Assembly: GCA_030248215.1 (NCBI GenBank)
Contig: JASANG010002430.1
Span: 1 to 64,000 of the forward strand
DNA length: 64,000 nucleotides
Direction: 5' to 3'
Origin: Enoplolaimus lenunculus
Taxonomy: Eukaryota
In this document: positions 11,465-22,041 of the stretch, piece after piece
Position numbering within the stretch: the first letter of the stretch is position 1
Layout: each line of letters begins with the position of its first letter
Notes under the pieces: model-generated
Database searches by the model: none
Told to the model about the DNA's origin: nothing
The model's input: only the letters and a program-made list of their open reading frames with translations
Made by a program: the position numbers and the translations under genes

Positions 11465-14400
11465 CTGAAATGTTAATGGAAACAGATAAACATAGAATAC
11501 GCAACAGACGTTTTTGAATCCCAAATATTAATGAAAATATACGATTAAAAATAGAATAATTGGGAAATACGAATCGCCATATTTGCGAAGTTTTGTTTTT
11601 AACTGATAACGGATAATTGGTATCATGCCAATTTTTTTAAAGTTAACGCCTAAAACTTAACATATGCAAGAAACAGGGTGTGACTGAATATTAATTTACC
11701 GGTTACCGGAACTGGATATAGATATTGAATTTTCTACCATAACCGCAACCGCATATTAACCCGACGTCATGAAATTTGTACACTGTTAAAAGTTTTCGAG
11801 TCGCGCAAAATATATCTTTACTGAATAAGAATTAATGGTTTGCTTGAGTTTTTCATTTTCACTTCAGCGTCTCAAAACTTTAAACTTCTTGACTTGGCCA
11901 AAAATGCAATCGCCGCAAGATATTAAAGACGCTCACATGTAAAAAAACAGTTTTATAATATTCAAGACTACCACTGTAAATATCCAGTACCCAGTAGGTT
12001 TATACGGGACACCGGAACCGGACACGCATATCGATTTTTCCGAATGTTAAACCGGATTCGGCTATCGGGTCGCAATCTGGAAAGAAGTGGTACACCAACT
12101 GGTAGCCGTATTGTCCTTGCTTAAAAACACTGCCAAACCATCGTGCCCTATTAAAACATTTGTCATCTATTTTTGTTGGCTTAGCAAAAACTACGATCGA
12201 AAAACGTGTTCGCAAATTTCCCAGCTGCAAGCGAATGTGTTGCCAGCAGGGACGTAGGCAGGACAATCAACCTTCTCTTTTGACGTTTTTGTGCAGATTT
12301 TAGGCACGCTTTCAGTTTGTAACATAAGAAACCCCTTTGTATCATCAGCCACACCACCAACGCTCGTGGAACTTTGGTGCTTTCCCATCTCGTTTTCAGG
12401 TTTTTATCCTGCTCATAGAAGATGCAGGGAAACTTTGAAAACTATAACTAAAAGAAAATGAGCTGCATTAACAGCTTATGCAGGTTCAATTAAAAATTCA
12501 ATTGTCATAGATCTGTGGTGTAGCGACGACATTCCTTGTTTGGCGTTGTACTATGATTCACATCATATACAGAGATCAGAAAGCGGTAATACAGGTCGGG
12601 CTGGTATGTACTCATGTGCAAAGAGTTATTGTCCAGTTTTATCTGCAAAAATTGATTCAGTTATGTGTTTTGTTGAATGATGACAATTAATAAAAAGGTT
12701 TATATATTCATATTCTTTTCTTTTAGTTTTTTAGCATACAATCTTCAAACGGGTAAATTGTGCCCAAGTCTGAAGCATTTTAATTGATTTGCGAAAAACG
12801 AACACTATAAATCCTGTGCTTACTACTTTTCGCCATTGTATCTGTATCGGAATTAATTGCTCGCCTTCGTATAGCCGGAGGTGCAGTGCCAGGTTTTATT
12901 GTAGAATTACCTATAAAAAGTTTCTTTATAAATCATTCACTAATTTGGTTCCAACCGGTTTTTTATCATACTTGAATTGCATGCGTATCGCAGTAGGTGC
13001 ATTGCGAAGCTTTATTATAAAATTTTACCTACGTAAAGTTCTTCTACGATCAATCAACATATCTTATTTGGGTTCAGCCGTTTATTTTAAATTGAAAACT
13101 GAGAGACAAACACACAACTACACTTAAACCCTTCATTAACGCATCATTTCAATTTAGCGCAACAAAACGTTTCAAACAACTTCATACAATACAAAGATAA
13201 AGTACCATACAAAATTCAAAATGCTCACTCACTTGTCTCCCGAGTCCGTTTTTCCGTACTGTAGCACTGCTTTCTAAAACAACAGTTAGGAAACGGATTT
13301 TCGCATTTGTCTGGAGACGTCCATAAATTTTCTAAACAATAAAGCATTTAAATAAAGGAGATATTTAAACTGTACGACTTTATATAAACGTTGTTCACAA
13401 CCATGGTGCAAAACGGAACTGGATTTTACCGGAATCGGAATCGCGACAGAAAATTCTGGTTGCGTGCTGTTCACAACGCTAGCACAAACCCTTTTGTGAA
13501 ATATATTCTTGTCTTTTAACGTGTTTTATTTGATGCCTGTGACCATGGGTATATTTCAGAACATTTCTTGACACGTTTTTAAGAAATATTCACACTAAAG
13601 AAAGTTGTCCTTTGTTAAAATTTCATTGTGATCTGCACTTTTATACCTGTGCCTGTCGTTTTAACAGGAGTTGCAACAAACATAGCGTCTATCAGTCCCG
13701 ACAGACTGTTTTCACCGTCGTCACTTGCCAAATTTTTGTTCGATTCATAAGTTGTCGTTAACGAAATTCGCAGCTCTTCACGAATGTCGTTGAATTCGAG
13801 TGCTCGTAATTCTGAAGGTATGGATTTTACGAACATGAGTGTAATTTCGCATTTGAAATATTGCCAGAGTTTAGCAATTTTGGTAGTTGGAATTATGGCC
13901 AATGTTACTTTAAGGGCGTAAGAATAGAATAAACGTATTCCTAAGCCTACGCCTAAGCCTCAGCAAAAAATGTAATCTAGAATCTAGACCTATTCTTTTA
14001 TAGACCCACCACAAACCTGGTCGTCCCTTAAAGTTACATGGGCCGGAATTATATCGGAATCGGTATTTCGGTTGCATCCTGCTGCTCTGATTTAGGCATT
14101 TTCCAGGGGCGTAGCAACGGATTTAAGTTATAGCTGGGGCGCGGTCGTTCCATAATTCGTCTAGGCAATTGTCAGAATATTTTATATACACATTCCCTGC
14201 CTTTTGACATGCAATTTCAAACTTTGTGTTGCTGAGCTAATATTTTCATTCACATTCCCTGCCTTTTGGTTACACTTCAGACGTTTGCGTTGTGGGGCTA
14301 ATATATTTCGCCAACACACTTTCATAGTTTGCGTCATAGGGCTAATATATTTCTACAATTAGTGTACATGTGTTTAATCAAGATAGGATGACGAACATCA

Positions 14401-15191
14401 TTTAGTTAAGCATCTTATTTAAATCTAGATTATGATGTTCTCATAACTTTCGTATTAAAAGGTCCGACAAATTGTGGTTTATTAATCATGGTCCCCCTAA
14501 CTTTGAATCTTGCTCTATGTATATATGCAAAAGTTCAACGTTTATTAATAGCATATGTGTTTTATGTATAAAAGCTGGGTATATGTACGAATAATACGTA
14601 CGTTTATGTACGAGAAACCAACGAGAAACCAGAAGAGCAACAAGTGAATAAGTCCTGGGGGCTCCACCTCCGACTAATGAAAATCATTTAGTAAGGTTTC
14701 TCTCAATAGAAATTTCTGTACGTATTGGTCGTTGCTGTAGGGCTCTAATTTTTGTTGAACTAAGGACAGCACCTGGTTGCGCCCTCCTATGCCTTTTCAT
14801 AGATTATGTAGTGAATACACAAATGTTTGTTGAAGCAGGCTCTATAAAATTTCAAAGGAAAATGCGATGTATATATACTGTAATTTAGCATGGGGGACAA
14901 AGGGCATTGCGGAAATTTGAAATAAAAAATAGGGTCTCGGTCTATGGGAAAGTATTCATAAGTTAAGTTTATTTATTAGCTCAGCGGATTAAGCGTAGGA
15001 CTATTGGCTTAAGAATATTTTCCATTTCGCAGCGAGTTACAATACTTTTGCAGTTTTCCCTAACATTGGAAATTTTGTAGACTTTAGGTTTAGTTATATG
15101 CTCAGAGACTTAGGCTTATGGCTGTTGGTTTAGAAATATTTTCCACTGTGAGGCAGGAATACAAAAGATCCAAAGAGTCAAGGATACTTAC

Positions 15192-15354
15192 CAAAACTTT
15201 CCATGTTTTCCAAAATCTTTGTCGGAGCTTGCATTAGATTGTTCTCTATCCGCTCAAACAATGTGTCGGATTCAACAGGTATAAATGTTTCGGTTTCATC
15301 AGGCATATGTCTTGTTGAAACGTAATCTATATAATACATGAAAACTTGGAATAC
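15192..15354 (-). CDS. Isolated open exon of an unidentified, possibly decayed gene
   Basis: TTTCACAG acceptor, GTAAGT donor, open frame VFQVFMYYIDYVSTRHMPDETETFIPVESDTLFERIENNLMQAPTKILENMESF. Neighbouring exon-like blocks contain stops. Confidence 0.45.
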
Positions 15355-17393
15355 CTGTGAAATAAATCTTTGAAATTTACAAATTAGCTATTGGAAATGC
15401 AACTTTATAAATATACTTTAAAAATTTCAAAAGGTTATACCTAAACAGGTTGCAATACTTAAACTTACAAGCTCAACATAAATGTAGTTTAATATAGAAT
15501 ACGAGGAAACATTTGTTTATGTACCTCCATCTTTGTGCGGCAATTCACATGAGTTATAAGAATCCATTTCGATAAAGTAAAATTACAAAAATATTTGAAC
15601 TGTTTATTAATTTATCAACTGTTTTCTGCAATCGAAATTTTTTAGTCTAAAACATAAGGTTTCCAGAGTCATTCAACATGTGAACAAACTTCAGATGTCA
15701 TTTCACGGATAAAATTTCTGATGCCAGCCTTTAAGATCCTTCACTTATGACGTATCCAACCGTGCGATTAAATTTAAAATTTACATCGATAACTTTATCT
15801 TGAGATATTGTAGAAAGTCTAAAAATTACATCTAGCCGATAATTTTATCTTCAGTTATTGTAGAAAGTCTGAAAATACATCTAGCAACTATATGGAACAA
15901 ACACATGCTGTTTAAAACCAAATTATCAAACTCTTAACAGAAAACAAATTTACTGGCAAGCACGCAGTGTCAGTGAACCATCGTAACGTTAAACAAAATG
16001 CAGTTTGTCCGAAACAGCAGTTCGACTGGTTATAATACCAACGTTGATTTAAATAGCTTTCACCGCGTGTTTATAGCGGTCTACGTTTGTTGTAGAATAA
16101 AACAAGTCGCATTCAGAAACAAGATTGAACGAGTTTGAAACACACGCCCACGGTAATTTGAAATATTTGTTACATGGGATGAGAAATATTCCAAATATTC
16201 AAATTAGAGCATTAGCTAAACATCGGAACGGTTGTAATGGACAAAAACCCTTGCAATAATCACGTAAGTCACTTACCAGCCATACAAAGCAAACCACTAG
16301 CTATTAGCTATGTGATTCGAAGCATCGAAATTTGATGTAAATGTAAAACTCCCGAACAATGGGTTTCGGACATAATATGAAACGCTCTGTCAGCCCAAAT
16401 TGCGAATTCATTGATTTGCGTGTTGACACCAAGATCGTTATAAAATGTTGTACGCCTATGTTTACTTTAAGGGACATTCAGGTTTCTTGTATGTCTCTAA
16501 AAGTATGTGTTTAGATTCTAGATTACACTTATTTGCTTGCTTAGACTTAGGTATACATTTTTGCAACGCTTAGGCTTAGGTATAGGCTTAGGGATACGCC
16601 TAATCTACTGTTACGCCACTGTGGTCGATTTCCTTAAGAAAACTATCATGCAATTGTATTTATAGTAAACGCTCACATAATGTAGGTGGTCTATTGCGTT
16701 AACATTCATGTGTTATTTTCCGGTAATTAGTATTTCCGGTTGACCTTTTAGATTCAGATCATTGAAACTCATAGAATAGATGCTCCAAAATTACTCGTTC
16801 CCTTTTCTATTCTCAACTATGAACTAACTAGTTGAGAACTGTTCTCAGCATTGACAAATTCATGTTTCAAGTGACTTCCAAATTGCTATGCGTTGAGTGA
16901 ACTTACAAATGACACATTTCGCAGTACACCATACAATTATAAACTCATCTATGTTCAAACACAAATATTATGGGACAAACCTTTTCCTTAGGACGTAAAT
17001 TTTTAGAAACAGTAGTCTGGAATAGAACATTAAAATCTTCATATATGTTTCCAAGTTTCAAATAGAATGACCTTATGATACAGCAGTATGGAAAAGGTAA
17101 AATATTATGACTGCGCATTCCTAAACAGATAATAGTGTTTTAATCTTTTCTAATCTTGTTTAAATTTTAGATTGAAAATTTGATGCAGAGTTTAAAGTGA
17201 GATGTACATTTCTATTTACAGTTTACCCATTTCTAGAGAGAGTGTAAAAATTGTGTTCGTGTTTAGAATGGAAATAAAGGTGATGTACAAGGTGTGGAAA
17301 AGGTTGTTTGTTATTTTACGAGGCTTGGAATGGATATTAATTTTACCACAGGCTGCACGCAAAATATTGTGGATTCTGCATTAATATCTATAA

Positions 17394-17654
17394 CCCCTTC
17401 TCACATTGAGTTGCTCATAGGCAACTCAGCGCAGTGTATATACGTTAAACAGTATATATCGCACCGTGTTTAACAATTGCAACACGTATAAAGTACTAAA
17501 ACACCACAAGACGTGAGAGCTCCCTCGGGCTCAAGCGTCAAGCTCCTATAGCTGAGTGGTGATGGTATACACCTCCCAGTCCAGTCACTGGAGTTCGAAT
17601 CCTAGCACAAAAGCAGGTCTCAGGGAAAATAGTAAATAGTCATGTAAGAAAGGG
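17394..17654 (+). mobile_element. piggyBac-like MITE with internal tRNA-like A/B-box cassette
   Basis: CCCCTTCTCACAT...ATGTAAGAAAGGG termini, ATAA/TTAA flanks; A-box TAGCTGAGTGG 17549-17559, B-box GGAGTTCGAATCC 17590-17602. Confidence 0.75.
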
Positions 17655-18439
17655 TTAAAAAATCTACTTGGATTCCATCGGGATTGAGCGTTAGCCGTCA
17701 TTTGTTGCAGTAATATCAGCCGCCTTTAGTAAATTCATTTGAGCTTCCATTGGTCGCCAAATTTAAGACTTTACTTCCGACATGTGCAGGCTCGATTAAT
17801 ACTTATTTTATATTCAACTTTTCAATGTCAGTTCACAATTTATTTGTACCAGAAGAGCGAGACCACGAAAATATAAAATGAAAAACAATAATTTTTAAAC
17901 TGACTAATCCGTTAACATCAAGAATTAAATCGAAACTTTTTAAAATTTGTTTCAAAATATTCTTAAACGGAATCAAATGCCGCTAAAATCCCAATACAAA
18001 ATTTTAGTTCGCTTGCGTCCTGTGCGGTATACGATCCTCTTAATCACCTTTAGATCCGTCCATGCCGCTTTAAAAATTGCTGTGGTTTTCAATGCCGGTC
18101 TGATCCGGCCGCCCCCCAGCGGGGGTAGGTAAGTTGTATGTTCTAAGCTTGGCACTGCATATGACAGGTATATGCATGAAATCGTGGCATGGTGTACGCA
18201 AGTTACTGTTCCATATTAGATCTGAAGGTTTAAGTATATATAGTCAATGCATAAGCTAATAAGCATAAACCCATCGTAGCATGGGCTAAGTACTAATAAC
18301 CCAAAGCAGCTCCAAGCATATCCACTTTCAGCTTGCTGCATGAACACATTGGCTCGGTTTCTGAAACTCTACTTAAAATAGGACTTCATGTTTGAGTCTT
18401 TGATTAGTATGGATAAAATATATCGATTCTGAAAGCGTA

Positions 18440-18680
18440 CTGTCAGATCTGCACGGTCGAGACAACCCTTTTCTCTGAAGGAATTGCGAATATACACGGT
18501 TTTCCCGTAAATTTCTCCGAAAGATATGGCTACGCCGGATATCGAGCCTTAGACCTCTCGCTCGCGACTCAAGCGCGCTACCCACACACCACGCGGCCGA
18601 TATCGCTATATGTGCACCAGTATGTATGTATCTTAACATTACACACTCAGCATATACATAAGCTGCACCGCGCATACCTA
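18440..18680 (-). repeat. Dispersed repeat with internal degenerate tRNA-like segment
   Basis: Shares GCCAT..CTTTCGGAGAAAT..TATATTCGCA..CGA(C/T)CG..CTGACA and an upstream GTGTGTA..CATACAT block with 35560-35745 and 35845-36003. Confidence 0.7.
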
Positions 18681-19902
18681 CATATACAACGCCTTGTTTT
18701 TCTTGTCGGGTAGTTGGCGGGAACTTATTATCATTATTGTTATTATAGTAAATAATTATATAGCTAGGAAATTTGAGAATTGTGCATAATTAAACGTTTA
18801 TTTAAGATTGCTATTCAGTCAATCTTTTTGCAAAAAGCCTGCAGATGCGCAAAACATTCTGATTCCTAAGTAAACTGAGCAATTTCACTAACAACTCGAA
18901 AACTCTCGATACCAATTCCAATAATTCCCTAGGCGTGCAATTCATGATACTTAGCGCTGTTAACTATGATTGGCTGCATATGCATGCACGTGTAAGGTAA
19001 GAGGTTTACGTATGTACGTATACGTAGATAACATTGTTACACTGAATGAATATAGGTAAAGATAAATTAATTAAAATATTTTTGAACGGATTAAAATGAC
19101 GGAGTCCTGCTATCTTATATCATCCTCGAACACACCGATCACAGCAACATCAAAATTTACGCCGGATAGCAGCTCAAACTATGGGTCTGTTTGCGCACCA
19201 TTCAGATCTAAATCACCGTGTAACCGTCAAATTGCTAGCTGCAAAGTGGAATGGTCGGCAGGTTATCGATTAAAGCTTAGAGGTTCACATCCTAGATCTG
19301 CCAAATTATGGGAATGCAAAGGTCAGATGTCCCATTTAGCCCAACTGAACGATTTGACCAGAGCCCACGTAGGTTTTTTTAAGTGTTTTATCTTTATTGA
19401 AGTACAATTATAGAAGGTATTACATTGTCTTAGAAGGAACTATGGAGCTACGGCGGTGGTAAATTAAAAATTGTCAGTCGTGAAGAAGTCAAGCACAGAA
19501 AAGACTTAACTACTTTAAGTGCGGGGGTTGTGCATCACATCTTTACGCCCGCGCGTAAACAATTTAATTTTTATTTGTCTTTTAGTTTTCCACACCGCGT
19601 TCAAGTTTTCGACCACCGTTTGATAGTCCATCTCAGTTTACGCCTTTGCGAACATTTTACAATCCATTTGACAATATTGAGCAATTGGAACAGTATACGT
19701 TTAGTCCGTCAGTTTTTGCCACTGTGTTGAGCCCTAGTGAAGAAGTAAGCAACTGAGATATTAGTCTAGCCAAAATTTTTTTCTTTGATGTCGTCTATGT
19801 CATTAAATGTTTAACGCTCAACATGTCAATTTCGTGCGTAGTTCCAACACGTTAAACAATATGAACCAGTCGTAGTGAGACTACATGTTCAGGAATTAAG
19901 CT

Positions 19903-20262
19903 ATTATGCAAATTGGTTATTAGCTAACTATTCATTTGTCGGTTTGGAGGTTTGTGAACAATTTATTCACATTCCTCGCACCCAAAAACCCTTTATTGTT
20001 GAAATTAAATTGCTTGTAACCCTAATTTAGTGAAATATTGCTAAAAGTTCTAATTTAGACTTATCAATTATGCTAGTATCCAAATTAGCTATTAGCTAAC
20101 TATTAAATTATTGATTTTGAAGGATTGTAGACAATTTATTTTGATTCATCGCACCAAAAACCCTTTATTGCTGCCGAATTTAGGTATATGATATTATGCA
20201 AATTAGCTATTATTAGCTAATTATTAAATTATCGATTTCGAAGGTTTGTAGACAATTTATTT
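19903..20262. repeat. Three diverged tandem copies of a ~120-170 bp unit
   Basis: CAAATT(G/A)G(T/C)TATTAGCTAA..TT...GTAGACAATTTATT-like blocks recur three times. Confidence 0.7.
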
Positions 20263-20751
20263 CCTTCAGGTTATTTCAATGACTGACTGTACCTATATTG
20301 ACATCCTGCCCATAGTTTTAAAGCACCGAGTGTGTATTGCACGCTGAGTGTAAAAATATGCTCGTATATTAAACTTGTATTTAATCAGGCCATCGTAAAA
20401 ACAGTAGTCGAAATGTGGAATACAGTTTGATCCCACGGAAAGTACGTATAATCGTCAGTTTATTACTTTGTACGTGTATGCCTGGTTTGAGTTGTTGGCA
20501 ACAAAACCAACATTAAACAGGGAGTTAGCGGTTAACCTGGCCAACTGCTACCGGGAATATAGATGGGGATACGTATAATCCCCCGGAAAAAATTTTCATC
20601 ACCCCTCGAAAAGTTAATTTCAGAGTATTCTTTTAGTCCTAAACCAAACATTTTCGCTGTTTTCGAACGTTAAACATTCAGTCTAAGGTGTTGTTTCTCT
20701 TGCTTGTTGCAACCATAACAATTGCGAGTTTCCGATGGGGAGATCCCAGAA

Positions 20752-21894
20752 AGTCACTTTTTGAAAAAGCAAAAATTCCGCACTTTTTTACAAAAAAGCA
20801 ATAATTCCAGAAATGATCGTAAATGATACCCCACCGGGATCACACATTTCGAATAACAACACAAGATATGCGTTGATTTTATTCCTCAAACTGCCGGTAT
20901 TAAAGCAATAGCTAATGCACTTTCACTATTATTTTGTATCTTAGAACAAAGTCTAGTCGTTATGCTAAAATAATATTTTCACAAACCGCCAAGTGTTTTT
21001 ACCAAATTTTAAGATTGGTTAACGAAGGAAGACTAACTGAATCTCTGTTTGGGATCTAGTTTGAAAGCCTATGTTAATGATGCGTCCACAAAAAATCACA
21101 TTGCAAGAAAACCTGCCATTATATATAGTTGTAAAATTCGTAAAAAATCAAAAATACCGGGGGGATCAATATTTGATGGATTTAGCCCTTAACTTTTTAT
21201 ATAATTGCAAAACCATATTCCACATATTTTGGAAAATCGTATTCCTCAAGCTTGAGCTTTGGAACGGGCCCAAATTTGTCGCCATTTTTTGAAGTTTTCA
21301 GTTTTACAAAATTTTTTCCGAAGTGAGATCAAAATGTCGCGTTTTCCAGTCACTTTTTGAAAAAAGCAAAAATTCCGCACTTTTTTTACAAAAAAGCAAT
21401 AATTCCAGAAATGATCGTAAATGATACCCCGCCGGGATCACACATTTCGAATAACAACACAAGATATGCGTTGATTTTATTCATCAAAATGCCGGTATTA
21501 AAGCAATAGCTAATGCACTTTCACTATTATTTTGTATCTTAGAACAAAGTCTAGTCGTTATGCTAAAATAAAATTTTCACAAACCGCCAAGTGTTTTTAC
21601 CAAATTTTAAGATTGGTTAACGAAGGAAGACTAACTGAACCTCTGTTTGGGATCTAGTTTGAGAGCCTATGTTAATGATGCGTCCACAAAAAATCACATT
21701 GCAAGAAAACCTGCCATTAGTTGCAGAATTCGTAAAAATCAAAAATACCGGGGGATCAATATTTGATGGATTTAGCCCTTAACTTTTTATCTAATTGCAG
21801 AACCATATTCCACATATTTTGGAAAATCGTATTCCTCAAGCTTTAGCTTTGGAACGGGCCCAAATTTGTCGCCATTTTTTGAGTCGCGTTTTCC
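20752..21894 (+). repeat. Recent tandem duplication (units 20752-21347 and 21348-21894) at the 5' end of Bora
   Basis: Near-identical units starting AGTCACTTTTTGAAAAA and ending GTCGCGTTTTCC; unit 2 lacks the 43 bp seen at 21293-21335. Confidence 0.93.
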
Positions 21895-21946
21895 GCGCAT
21901 CTCCTCACAATCATATGATTCAAATAATGTGTTAATAGAATTGTAG

Positions 21947-22041
21947 CCTGACTGTGAAGGATGGTCAATCGAACAAATGTCTGTGATCAATCCTGCGGAT
22001 ATTGACGAATTTCCATTACATCAGGAGCTGCTTGAGTCGAA
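21947..22041 (+). CDS. BORA: Bora exon (PDCEGWSIEQMSVINPADIDEFPLHQELLES)
   Basis: TTGTAG acceptor, GTAATT donor; conserved W-S-I-x-Q..I-N-P..I-D motif. Confidence 0.85.

Noticed and set aside
11349..11504. SETD8 as an intronless retrocopy starting at 11504
   Set aside because: Removing a 60-nt GTAAGT..CAG intron improves the match to SETD8, and an acceptor at 11465 implies further upstream exons.
17542..17610. Functional tRNA gene (also 41147-41210 and 60199-60265)
   Set aside because: A and B boxes are present, but acceptor and anticodon stems do not pair, and the segments lie inside repeats.
19096..19413. Ser/Thr-Pro-rich ORF as the Bora first exon
   Set aside because: No Bora N-terminal motif recognised and no supported splice path to 21947; left unassigned.
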